This document shows, piece by piece, positions 7,050-15,613 of a DNA stretch of 48,882 nt (the stretch's first letter is position 1; every line of letters begins with the position of its first letter). The notes under the pieces were generated by a model. The model saw only the letters and a program-made list of their open reading frames with translations. It did no database searches and was not told the DNA's origin. The stretch comes from a virus (Duplodnaviria; Caudoviricetes). The position numbers and the translations under genes are program-made. Location of the stretch: IMG/VR virus record IMGVR_UViG_3300011335_000824, positions 1-48,882 of that record; one strand, given 5' to 3'.

Positions 7050-7796
7050 TTAACTATTTTTATATTTCCATTTAAACATACCTGCTGTTAATTGTTTTCC
7101 TGTACAACATGCATATATATCACCTTTAATATGGTGGTTAGCTTTTGTAACACTAGGCCATTCTTTAATAAAGTTTCCTTGTAAATCATATTGTAATACA
7201 GGTTTACTTTTTGATATTCTAATATTAGATAGACCAATTTCACTTTTATTTTTTAATTTTATTTTATGTTCATCAGATTTACTTTTTCCTAATAAGGATT
7301 TACTTATTTTTTCTTTAGTTTCTTTAGAATGTTTTTTACCTTTCATAGATATACTCTTTTTTAACTTAGTCTCATCAGATACTTTTTTTCCTTTTAATTT
7401 TAATCGAATTTTTTCTTTAGTTTCCTCAGAGTGTTTTTTCCCTAAACGGTATTTATTACCAATTAATAGTATCCGTAATTTCATTTTTTGTTCATCAGAT
7501 ATTTTTCTTCCTTTAGTAGCTATAGATATTTTCATATTTCGTTCTTTAGAAAAAACAGGATATGTTAATCCACCACCACCTTCATTTTTATTTTCCAATT
7601 CAAATCCCCAACTTTTATAAAGAGATATATAGTGTTTTTCCCAAAACCTCCATTCAGATGTAGGTACTTCATCTATAATATTTATTTCACATTTATATAT
7701 TCTTCTATGAGAATTAAATCTACCTTGAGAACTTCTTGTTTTACCTATATAAAAAGGTATTCCATTTTTTTCTAATGAATATATGAGAGTTGTCAT
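7050..7796 (-). CDS. GIY-YIG homing endonuclease with NUMOD3 repeats and a C-terminal NUMOD1-like HTH
   Basis: LIYSL...FYIGKT...R...E...N; HSEETKEKI repeats; KPVLQYDLQGNFIKEW; likely start MTTLIY at 7796, behind ATATTTATAA. Confidence 0.88.
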   Translation of the reverse strand: MTTLIYSLEKNGIPFYIGKTRSSQGRFNSHRRIYKCEINIIDEVPTSEWRFWEKHYISLYKSWGFELENKNEGGGGLTYPVFSKERNMKISIATKGRKISDEQKMKLRILLIGNKYRLGKKHSEETKEKIRLKLKGKKVSDETKLKKSISMKGKKHSKETKEKISKSLLGKSKSDEHKIKLKNKSEIGLSNIRISKSKPVLQYDLQGNFIKEWPSVTKANHHIKGDIYACCTGKQLTAGMFKWKYKNS

Positions 7797-7830
7797 TTTA
7801 TTATAAATATCACACCCTACCAATTTTCCA

Positions 7831-8133
7831 TCATTTGGACCCAATCTCTTTCATTATTTGCATATATCTAAGATATCCTACCATTTTACCTGTTTTAGGG
7901 TTGAGATACTTGCGCTTTGTTTTAGGCAATTTTACTTCCACCTGTACATCTGATGTCCATCCTTCAGGATAAAATTCCTCAACACACACAGGACCATATG
8001 GATTTTTGTCTAAGTTGTATGTCCAAACAGAACGATGTCCTGTATGGTCTTTAAATTCACGAGTAAATTTTGTTGGCTTTAAAGATAAATCTGTGGAGGA
8101 AATAGATGGTCTACCTCGTTTTTCTACTTTCAT
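7831..8133 (-). CDS. Hypothetical protein with an N-terminal AT-hook
   Basis: KRGRP at residues 5-9; AAATAAAAGTTATG start context. Confidence 0.75.
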   Translation of the reverse strand: MKVEKRGRPSISSTDLSLKPTKFTREFKDHTGHRSVWTYNLDKNPYGPVCVEEFYPEGWTSDVQVEVKLPKTKRKYLNPKTGKMVGYLRYMQIMKEIGSK

Positions 8134-8154
8134 AACTTTTATTTTTTACAGTTT

Positions 8155-8562
8155 TTATTTATTAAGATTTTGGCGGAGCAATGCACCACTAATAGCTCTA
8201 CGCATATACAATTTTACATCCTCACTATATCCTTCTCTATCAAGTAACTCATTATATGCTTTTTCTTTCTCATCTTTTGTAACCAGTTCTGTATTATTAA
8301 CAATAGCTTCAATTTCTGACCTTAATTTTTCAAGTTCTCTTTTAGCAGTAGTAGCTGGAAATTCTCCTGGAGTTTCTTTGATGTCTTTTTTAGATTTTAC
8401 TTTATATGTATTTTTAACAGTCAGGTCAGGAATTCTTCCTCCAGTCATTTTATCAGTGAGTTTTCTCATTACCTCACCATAACCAGATGCACCATCATCT
8501 TTGGTATTCATTATATTTTTAATTTCTTCCTTAATAAGTTGTTTCAGTTCTGATTTTTTCAT
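8155..8562 (-). CDS. Hypothetical, probable late/virion protein (MKKSELKQLIKEEI leader)
   Basis: N-terminus shared with 9771..10169; ATATTTATCA motif upstream. Confidence 0.7.
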   Translation of the reverse strand: MKKSELKQLIKEEIKNIMNTKDDGASGYGEVMRKLTDKMTGGRIPDLTVKNTYKVKSKKDIKETPGEFPATTAKRELEKLRSEIEAIVNNTELVTKDEKEKAYNELLDREGYSEDVKLYMRRAISGALLRQNLNK

Positions 8563-8586
8563 ATGTTGTGCTTTATGATAAATATA

Positions 8587-9108
8587 TTAAGATGTTTGTT
8601 TTTTCGGTCTGCCTCGCTTACCTGATGAATTAGACTTCTTAACCGCCAATTTAGCGTCACGTGTTGCTCTGTCTTCATCAGACATTCGCTTACGTCCGCG
8701 TTGTCCGCCTGTTGGAACATATGGTCCTTGATTCTTTTTCAATGATGGATCCATTTTTGGTCGGCCACGTTTTCCATTGCCCATAACATTTATTACTTTT
8801 TCTTTAACTGTGTTTTCAGTTTTGGAAAAATACTTCATCATTCTCAAATGATATGGATGAACTATTACTTGGTCTAGTTCAAAATTGTGAGTGCTGCCTT
8901 CAGGGCCATACACTTCAAAGCCACCATTTGGAAATGTTCTTTTTTCGCCTGGTGCAAACTGTGCTTTGAGCCAAAATATTGTGTTTGGTTCATTAAAGTA
9001 TGTCGCAGGTAACACTCGACATGTTTTAGTGAAATTGAAAAACTTTGGCTCTACTTCTGCGTAGTGCTTGCGTGGTGGGAAACATTCGTTATTAATTTCT
9101 ATATGCAT
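8587..9108 (-). CDS. Multi-AT-hook putative DNA-binding protein
   Basis: KRGRPK, QRGRKR and KRGRPKK in a basic C-terminal half. Confidence 0.75.
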   Translation of the reverse strand: MHIEINNECFPPRKHYAEVEPKFFNFTKTCRVLPATYFNEPNTIFWLKAQFAPGEKRTFPNGGFEVYGPEGSTHNFELDQVIVHPYHLRMMKYFSKTENTVKEKVINVMGNGKRGRPKMDPSLKKNQGPYVPTGGQRGRKRMSDEDRATRDAKLAVKKSNSSGKRGRPKKQTS

Positions 9109-9125
9109 AACTTTTATTTATACTT

Positions 9126-9157
9126 TAAATATATGTTAAGGGATTTTGTAAGCCAAA
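9126..9157 (-). promoter_or_regulatory. Bacteroidota-type -33/-7 promoter
   Basis: TTTGGCTTACAAAATCCCTTAACATATATTTA (TTTG-N20-TATATTTA). Confidence 0.75.
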
Positions 9158-9160
9158 TTT

Positions 9161-9691
9161 TTAATTTAATTTTTTTATGTATCCTTCTGGATATTTCCTA
9201 CCTAATTTTGTTTTAGATATTTTCTCACCTCTTTCTTTGGCGTTTTGAGTTTGCTTAATTTTTAACTTTCGTTTAGATTCTTCAGTATGGATGTGTTGTC
9301 CAAATAATCCATGTTCTTTTCCTTTTTTGGATGTAGATTTAGGTTTTCTCATATTTTCCTTCCATTCTTCAGAAATTTTTCTACCTTTATGAGACATACG
9401 CATTTTTTGTTTTGTTTCTTCAGAATGGTAACTGGGTCCACTCCCGCCACTTTTACGAACATTCATTAATATGAAGCCTAAAAATTTAAAATATTCTATC
9501 CAAAATGTTTCAAGTGGTTCCCAATCTTTATATTTAAGTGAATTTACTTCATCAATATAAGTATAGATAATTTGAGAACCATATGTTTTACTATGATTTA
9601 TTTCTCTTGAATTTTTAGTTTTACCTATATAAACTTTGTTTGGGTCTCCAAAGCAGTTGGTAACAAGGTAAATTTTGGTAGTATTTATCAT
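9161..9691 (-). CDS. GIY-YIG homing endonuclease with NUMOD3 repeats
   Basis: KIYLV...VYIGKT...R...E...N; HSEETKQKM, HTEESKRKL. Confidence 0.85.
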   Translation of the reverse strand: MINTTKIYLVTNCFGDPNKVYIGKTKNSREINHSKTYGSQIIYTYIDEVNSLKYKDWEPLETFWIEYFKFLGFILMNVRKSGGSGPSYHSEETKQKMRMSHKGRKISEEWKENMRKPKSTSKKGKEHGLFGQHIHTEESKRKLKIKQTQNAKERGEKISKTKLGRKYPEGYIKKLN

Positions 9692-9731
9692 CGTAATGTT
9701 TTTATTGTCCGATAATAAATATTACAAATAT

Positions 9732-9762
9732 AAAGAGCTATAACTGTTTGTTATAGCTTTTT
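9732..9762 (-). terminator. Stem-loop, probable intrinsic terminator
   Basis: AAAGAGCTATAAC-TGTTT-GTTATAGCTTTTT just downstream of ORF 9771..10169. Confidence 0.55.
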
Positions 9763-9770
9763 AAGTCCCT

Positions 9771-10169
9771 TTACTTTTTCCTTAACATTTTAAAATCTTC
9801 AGCGTCAATTTTTCCATTTTTATTGGCGTCAATTTTATTTTGTTTACCTTTAAGTTTTTCATTTACAGGTGTCATTGACATTGCTTTGTGACTAGTTGTG
9901 TCCTTGTGGCCAATTTCATCTTGATTAGTTAAAAAGTGATATACTTCTTCAACGTCATCTGTTGATGTGGCAATGTGATCAACAGCCCAACCATGTCCAT
10001 CTTCCAATATTTGATCTACTTTTGCTTTGTCCATTGCTAGCATTTCATCAATAGCATGTTTGAGAGTTTTTAAATTTTCAAAAAACATGTAGTTGTTTGA
10101 ACTGTGACTTTCACCTAATGCATTTTGAACTTCTTCTCTGATTAGTTGTCTTAGTTCTGATTGTTTCAT
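9771..10169 (-). CDS. Hypothetical, probable virion protein with a C-terminal EF-hand-like loop
   Basis: MKQSELRQLIREEV leader; DANKNGKIDAED fits DxNxNGxIDxxD. Confidence 0.75.
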   Translation of the reverse strand: MKQSELRQLIREEVQNALGESHSSNNYMFFENLKTLKHAIDEMLAMDKAKVDQILEDGHGWAVDHIATSTDDVEEVYHFLTNQDEIGHKDTTSHKAMSMTPVNEKLKGKQNKIDANKNGKIDAEDFKMLRKK

Positions 10170-10306
10170 TTTCCTTGGGCGTTGTATAGTTTTTTATAAT
10201 TTTTACTTGACTTCAATTGGCTGGTTTTCTTTTTACTGTGAACGCCAGGTCTTTTCACTTTAGGTTTGTCTAATGTTCGTGTTGTTGTTTCTTTAATTTT
10301 GGCCAT
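10166..10306 (-). CDS. Small basic protein, 46 aa (not in ORF track)
   Basis: MAKIKETTTRTLDKPKVKRPGVHSKKKTSQLKSSKNYKKLYNAQGK*; ATGA overlap with the next gene. Confidence 0.7.
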   Translation of the reverse strand: MAKIKETTTRTLDKPKVKRPGVHSKKKTSQLKSSKNYKKLYNAQGK

Positions 10307-10323
10307 GACTTTTGATATACATA

Positions 10324-10638
10324 TTATGTCTTGGGCTTATTTAACATACCTATGGCTTTGTTTATTTTTGAACATTCTTCATACCATTCACCTGCTTCAA
10401 AATATTTTAAATTTTCCTTTAAAGTGTCTGCGAAATGTGAACGTTCCAATGTTATGTCAAATGTTGTGTTTTCATCCATGCACTTTATAGACAACATGTG
10501 AATGAATTTTTTACGTGTTTTTAAGTTGCCTATAATTGCATTTACTATGGCCTTTGATATGTTGATGTCTTTTGATGTCACCATATCTTGAAACTGCTCC
10601 ATGTTGTCAACTTTAAATTCTGTAGGTTTCATTTTCAT
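10324..10638 (-). CDS. Hypothetical protein with a C-terminal UVR-like motif
   Basis: LKYFEAGEWYEECSKI resembles the UvrB/C motif. Confidence 0.7.
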   Translation of the reverse strand: MKMKPTEFKVDNMEQFQDMVTSKDINISKAIVNAIIGNLKTRKKFIHMLSIKCMDENTTFDITLERSHFADTLKENLKYFEAGEWYEECSKINKAIGMLNKPKT

Positions 10639-10640
10639 AG

Positions 10641-10799
10641 TTAGAATAAATTTAAAAAATTAGAATCAATGTGTTTTTCTTTTAATTTTTGTGATTTTTC
10701 ATCACGTTTTAACATTTGAGTGGCAAGTTTGTCTAAATGTTGAGATTTTTGCGCTTCATAATCTTTGACTAGCTTACTGTGTTTTTTACTTTTATGCAT
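10641..10799 (-). CDS. Hypothetical protein, 52 aa (not in ORF track)
   Basis: MHKSKKHSKLVKDYEAQKSQHLDKLATQMLKRDEKSQKLKEKHIDSNFLNLF*; ATATTTATAA directly upstream. Confidence 0.65.
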   Translation of the reverse strand: MHKSKKHSKLVKDYEAQKSQHLDKLATQMLKRDEKSQKLKEKHIDSNFLNLF

Positions 10800-10814
10800 C
10801 TGATTATAAATATT

Positions 10815-11468
10815 TTAAATTCTGGAAATGAATTCAGAACCGTCATTTTCTGCTTTGGGAGGATCATACAGTCCAAGTTCTTCCAGTCTTTGCTTTTGAT
10901 AGCTGTCTAACTGAAAGTCAATTTCTTTGGTAGTGCCGTTTGTTGGATTGTGCGTTTCAAGTTGATCTATGTCTTTTTTGTTGAATATGTCGCTTATGTT
11001 TAAAAAGAAACAATTGTAACATAAAAATCTTATGTTGCCTAAATTGTAGTGGTTTGGATTGTTGTCTTTAAAATTTAAAATGAGTGGAATTTTATAGTCA
11101 TTCAATCGTCTTTCTTTAAATGAACACATGCTGCATTCTTCCTTCAACACTCCTTCTTCAATCATTTTGGCTTTAATTTTTTCAGGAGAAAAGTGATTGG
11201 GAGAAATTCTTCCCTCAATGACGTCTAAAACATTCCATTTGCTTTTGGCAGCGTTGTTGCCTGTTAAAAATTTAGGAATGCCTTTGCCACATTGATTTTT
11301 GTGAGATTCAAAAAGTGAAGGACCACCTTCAACTGTGTGATAGCGTTTGGCCCACATTTTAAAGTGAATGTAACTTACATTGAGATAGCGAGCTGCTGAC
11401 TTGTTAGACAAAGTGTGTTTCATTGCCAGCAATATTTGCTCTTTCAATAAGTCTTTCCGTTTTGGCAT
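10815..11468 (-). CDS. HTH + degenerate HNH/zinc-finger protein
   Basis: SNKSAARYLNVSY (HTH-like); CSMC...LILNFKDNNPNHYNLGNIRFLCYNC lacks the usual DH catalytic His. Confidence 0.7.
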   Translation of the reverse strand: MPKRKDLLKEQILLAMKHTLSNKSAARYLNVSYIHFKMWAKRYHTVEGGPSLFESHKNQCGKGIPKFLTGNNAAKSKWNVLDVIEGRISPNHFSPEKIKAKMIEEGVLKEECSMCSFKERRLNDYKIPLILNFKDNNPNHYNLGNIRFLCYNCFFLNISDIFNKKDIDQLETHNPTNGTTKEIDFQLDSYQKQRLEELGLYDPPKAENDGSEFISRI

Positions 11469-11469
11469 A

Positions 11470-11778
11470 TTAGTATTCTAGTTCATTGTCATCTTCCTCT
11501 TCAACAATTTCCTCATCATCTGTTTCTGGAGTAAATAGTTTTTCTACATCTTTTAATTTGTTTTCTAACTTTTGATATTTAATGTAGTCTTCATGTTCTA
11601 TAATTATGGTTTCTAAATAGGTGTGATCTCCTTCTCCTTTCATAACTGTGACACCTGCTTTTTTGTTTGTGTTTGAACATTTGACACATTTAACAGCGTG
11701 TGGCAGTATTTCCAATCGTTTTGGGTGAATTGGCTCTTCACACATAATGCAATTTTTTTTCAATTTATTTTTCTTCAT
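11470..11778 (-). CDS. TraR/DksA C4-type zinc finger protein with an acidic tail
   Basis: CIMCEEPIHPKRLEILPHAVKCVKC. Confidence 0.8.
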   Translation of the reverse strand: MKKNKLKKNCIMCEEPIHPKRLEILPHAVKCVKCSNTNKKAGVTVMKGEGDHTYLETIIIEHEDYIKYQKLENKLKDVEKLFTPETDDEEIVEEEDDNELEY

Positions 11779-12175
11779 CTTTACGTTTTTGTTCTTCTAG
11801 TAGGTTTAAAAATTCCCATAATTCAGCTATGTTTTTAAGGTAAACTTTTTCATTTGGTTTTGATTTGTGGTGGAGAATAAGCGGTTGCACTACTCCTTTA
11901 TCATTTAATCTTCCATAAATGTACCACAACATAAGTTCTGTTTTCCACTCTCCAAACTTCAACAACAGTAAATCTTCAATGATTAAAAAAAAGTCCTCCT
12001 CATATTCTAGCAGGTTGGTTTTAAATTTATCATACAGTGAATTTGATCTTGTCCAACATTCTTCAATGCGGGAAAGTAAATCAACAAACATTTCTTTTTC
12101 AGTTAAAACTTTTACCTTTTTAACTCGTTTGGAAAGTTTAAGTTTTTTTCCAAAACTATTTAAGTCCAGTTTCAT
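11765..12175 (-). CDS. Hypothetical protein
   Basis: 136 aa ORF on the coding strand. Confidence 0.75.
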   Translation of the reverse strand: MKLDLNSFGKKLKLSKRVKKVKVLTEKEMFVDLLSRIEECWTRSNSLYDKFKTNLLEYEEDFFLIIEDLLLLKFGEWKTELMLWYIYGRLNDKGVVQPLILHHKSKPNEKVYLKNIAELWEFLNLLEEQKRKDEEK

Positions 12176-12338
12176 ATTCTTCTACCTCATATAAATTTAA
12201 AAACTCTTCCTCATCAAGTTGTTTGCGAAAAACAAAATAGTCTAAGGCGCTGTAGTAACTTGGTGCTACTACTCTATCAATTACTTCTTTTTTACTGTCA
12301 CCTTTAGTGTAGTAAATGTATGGTTTAAATGTTAGCAT
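12156..12338 (-). CDS. Hypothetical protein
   Basis: 60 aa ORF behind a promoter motif. Confidence 0.7.
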   Translation of the reverse strand: MLTFKPYIYYTKGDSKKEVIDRVVAPSYYSALDYFVFRKQLDEEEFLNLYEVEEYETGLK

Positions 12339-12350
12339 AGTCTTATTTTT

Positions 12351-12382
12351 TTAATATACTAATAAATATTTTGAAAGCCAAA
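12351..12382 (-). promoter_or_regulatory. Bacteroidota-type promoter with an embedded ATATTTATTA motif
   Basis: TTTGGCTTTCAAAATATTTATTAGTATATTAA. Confidence 0.65.
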
Positions 12383-12384
12383 TT

Positions 12385-13149
12385 TTATAAAAATTTTAGG
12401 TTGTTTTGGGAGTTATGTTTGATGTATGAAGACCACTTATACTTAGCATATTCATGACCTTGGACTTCAGCATTTATTCTCTTGTTTCCATTAACAGACA
12501 ATGAGGCAAAGTGATAAAAATGAGCGCTGTATGTTCTAAGCATTTTCATTCCTGACAATGTACATTTTAAAAAGAAGTCCCAATCTGCTACCATACCATC
12601 TTGATAATTTTCATCCCATCCTCCTACTTTTAAATAGTCTACTTTAGACATGAAAATAGGCAGTGTAGATCCTGTTTCGTGAACCTTTTTTTCATATGTC
12701 ACATCATTTAAAGCTTTTTCATATTCTTGAAAACGTTTTAAGTCAAATTCATCAACTGACTTTCCTAAATCTTTTATGTGAAATTGAGAAAACATGCTTG
12801 GTGTAGGTTCAATTTGGTTTGGAGAAATGACTGCATTAGGAACATAATCTTTTAATAAATTTTTGTCCCAATTTTGAGGAAATACATTGTCATCATTTAC
12901 TATTAAAATCAACTCATACTTCGCATTATAAACGCCTAAGTTGGTAGCTCGACAAAGGCCTACATTGTCTTCCAAGTTTAGAATATCAATTGATTCAGCG
13001 TATTTTTCCAACACATCTTTGTTGATGTCATAAAATCCATCTACAACTACTATAATTTGATTTTTGTTAGTTTGTCCTTCAACTGCTGATTTAAGACATA
13101 AGTCTAATGCTTCAGGTGATTGGTATGTGGGGATGATAACTGAGATCAT
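12385..13149 (-). CDS. Glycosyltransferase family 2
   Basis: ISVIIPTY, IIVVVDG, NLGV, VNDD, GGWDE. Confidence 0.92.
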   Translation of the reverse strand: MISVIIPTYQSPEALDLCLKSAVEGQTNKNQIIVVVDGFYDINKDVLEKYAESIDILNLEDNVGLCRATNLGVYNAKYELILIVNDDNVFPQNWDKNLLKDYVPNAVISPNQIEPTPSMFSQFHIKDLGKSVDEFDLKRFQEYEKALNDVTYEKKVHETGSTLPIFMSKVDYLKVGGWDENYQDGMVADWDFFLKCTLSGMKMLRTYSAHFYHFASLSVNGNKRINAEVQGHEYAKYKWSSYIKHNSQNNLKFL

Positions 13150-13769
13150 TTTTTTCCTATGATAGTTAAACCATTATTATTAGTGAATCTTTCAATTAAT
13201 TTCCAAGATGGGTTTGATTCTAAAAATTCTTCAATAGCTCTCCATATACCTATACCTTCTCCTTTCCATTCTTCACCTAAAGATTCATAGTTAGTTTCAT
13301 CTGTGTTAGCATATGATGTTGTATCATGGAATATTATATATTTTCTAGCTTTATGTGAATGTAATTTTAATTCAGATTTTAATTGTTTATACGAATGCCA
13401 TGTATCTAAAAATAATAGATCTGTTTCTTCTATTTCTACTTCTAAAACATTAGCTTGTATAAATTCATAATCCAATCCAAATTCAGACGCAACATCATAT
13501 ACTTCTTGGATAGTATTGTATCCTCTACTTACGGCATCTGCAGACATATGTATACTACCTTTATCCCAAAGTGAAGGATTTTCTAAATCATAACTAATTA
13601 ATTTTTTAGGACCACACCCCAAAAAAGCCCAAGTTGATGTTATCCATCTAACTCCCATTTCTGTAATATGTTCACATTCAGAACCATATTTTATTAAGGT
13701 TGGAATATGTTCATTTATATCTGAGGGATATTGATGAAGGTAGTTAACTATTTCTTCTAATTTATTCAT
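13146..13769 (-). CDS. Class I SAM-dependent methyltransferase (Methyltransf_24-like)
   Basis: ITEMGV, DLLFLDTWHSY, YIIFHDT, NNNGL. Confidence 0.75.
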   Translation of the reverse strand: MNKLEEIVNYLHQYPSDINEHIPTLIKYGSECEHITEMGVRWITSTWAFLGCGPKKLISYDLENPSLWDKGSIHMSADAVSRGYNTIQEVYDVASEFGLDYEFIQANVLEVEIEETDLLFLDTWHSYKQLKSELKLHSHKARKYIIFHDTTSYANTDETNYESLGEEWKGEGIGIWRAIEEFLESNPSWKLIERFTNNNGLTIIGKK

Positions 13770-13784
13770 GTTGCTTATTATTTA

Positions 13785-14471
13785 TTATTTATTATTTATT
13801 TGTTTCCAATCAATAGTAGGACTTAATAATCCTTCCATACAATGAGTTGATAATCCGGGAATGGGAGTAAATACAAATCTTTCTCTATTTTCATTCAGCC
13901 ATAAAAAAGTATTATGGTCTCCTACTGTAGTAGTCCATATGTCTAAATCTTTTTCAAAAGTTTCTCTACTAATAATAAAACTTCCACAAGTGCTTGGGGA
14001 TGTTCTCCAGTGATGGAGGGGAGTTGTTATTATTTTTGATACTAAATTATCATACATTGGGTGGAAGTATTTATCATTATGATCATATAACGAAATATAA
14101 TCTAAACCACTATATGTTTCAATTAAATTTTCTACTTTTTCTACCCAATGATCTACGTGTAGATAATCATTTTCAAGAAAATAAATTAACTCATTGGGTT
14201 CCATAGGTTGTTCCTTAATATATTCTAAAAGGGCTCTATATGAAAGTAAACTTGATTTATAATTAGTAGGAAATAAAGTAAATTTATCTTGATAGTTTTT
14301 AGTAAAATCATCATCTATATTTCCATCTAAAGCTAATGTTAAAGAAATATTTTCATACCCTTCTATAGTTTTAAGGAGATTATGGAAACATTTTTCATAA
14401 CTAAACCATATGGGTCTACTATGATTTCGATTATTATTTGAAGTATGTCTATAATAAATATGTATTTTCAT
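13785..14471 (-). CDS. GT-A fold glycosyltransferase-like protein
   Basis: IYFLENDYLH (DxD-like), PIPGLSTH. Confidence 0.6.
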   Translation of the reverse strand: MKIHIYYRHTSNNNRNHSRPIWFSYEKCFHNLLKTIEGYENISLTLALDGNIDDDFTKNYQDKFTLFPTNYKSSLLSYRALLEYIKEQPMEPNELIYFLENDYLHVDHWVEKVENLIETYSGLDYISLYDHNDKYFHPMYDNLVSKIITTPLHHWRTSPSTCGSFIISRETFEKDLDIWTTTVGDHNTFLWLNENRERFVFTPIPGLSTHCMEGLLSPTIDWKQINNK

Positions 14472-15613
14472 TTTTTACAAATTAACATAATACTAGAACA
14501 TAAATCGGGGTATTGTTGACCTAATTGGTAACAACCATCTAAGTATTCTTTACTAATAATATTTGTATTAAGTAATTGGTCCCATTGGAAATTAGCAAGT
14601 GCTTTAAAAAATATACCTGAGCGATAGATTGCATTTAGTCCTCCTAATTTAGTGTCTCTTTCTAGGGTATCTAAAGTATAAGTAATTTTATGTCCATGCT
14701 CCTCTTCAGCAGGGGTAATAGCTGAATTGTGGGAGATTAAGCCCATTTTAACTGCTATTTGTCTTGAAGGAGCATTTGCATTAGGGCATACTAAAAATAG
14801 TTTCCCATCTTCTGATAGCCATTCATTTTTAATTCTTGATAATAATCCTACTGGATCATCAATATGTTCTAGGACATGGGTTAAAATGATATTATCATAC
14901 TTTTTAGGTAATTCAACATTTTCAAATAATGAATTGCAATATGTAATATTATCTTTTAAATTTTGTTTAGATATTTTAATAGCTTCATCAGAGGCTTCTA
15001 TACAGGTAATATCATCAAAATAAGGAATAAGACGTTTAGTAAAATCTCCTTTAAAACTTCCTAATTCAAGACAATTGCCCTTAATAAAATGAGGTTTAAA
15101 TGATTCTATCATATAATGATGCATTACATCAAAATCAAAATTATAAGCATATTTGTGATCTGAAGTGTCTTTAAATTCCTTGTTATAATCTCTTTTAGTT
15201 AATTGTTGTTTTAATATCATTTTATTTTCTTTTATTTTATAATTAGTAAATCCTTGTTTAATATATAATTTAATTGCTTTATCATTGTTTACAAATACTT
15301 CTAAGAATATACTAAAATATTTTTTAGTTTTAAAGTACTTGTAGCATCTATTTAATAATTCAGTTGCTATACCTTTTCCAGAATATTCAGGGTCTACACT
15401 AACGTTAGTGATCCATCCAAATTGTTCAGTTGGATTATCATATGCCGCTACTAAACCAACTAATTTATCACCATCAAATTTTGTAAATAATATAGCTTGC
15501 TCAAATATTTTTTTAGAATATTCATTAACGTTTACATAACTATCTAAACTAGGTACAAAAGTATTAGAGCATGTTATTAAATGTTGTTGTACATGTTTTA
15601 ATGTTGGGATCAT
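14468..15613 (-). CDS. GNAT acetyltransferase fused to a class I SAM methyltransferase
   Basis: N-terminal VSVDPEYSGKGIA and NDKAIKLYIKQGF; C-terminal LELGSFKG, HVLEHIDDP, VCPNA. Confidence 0.85.
   Translation of the reverse strand: MIPTLKHVQQHLITCSNTFVPSLDSYVNVNEYSKKIFEQAILFTKFDGDKLVGLVAAYDNPTEQFGWITNVSVDPEYSGKGIATELLNRCYKYFKTKKYFSIFLEVFVNNDKAIKLYIKQGFTNYKIKENKMILKQQLTKRDYNKEFKDTSDHKYAYNFDFDVMHHYMIESFKPHFIKGNCLELGSFKGDFTKRLIPYFDDITCIEASDEAIKISKQNLKDNITYCNSLFENVELPKKYDNIILTHVLEHIDDPVGLLSRIKNEWLSEDGKLFLVCPNANAPSRQIAVKMGLISHNSAITPAEEEHGHKITYTLDTLERDTKLGGLNAIYRSGIFFKALANFQWDQLLNTNIISKEYLDGCYQLGQQYPDLCSSIMLICKK

Noticed and set aside
7797-7844. Upstream start for the GIY-YIG gene given in the ORF track
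   Set aside because: It overlaps the previous gene and spans the ATATTTATAA motif; the ATG at 7796 fits better.
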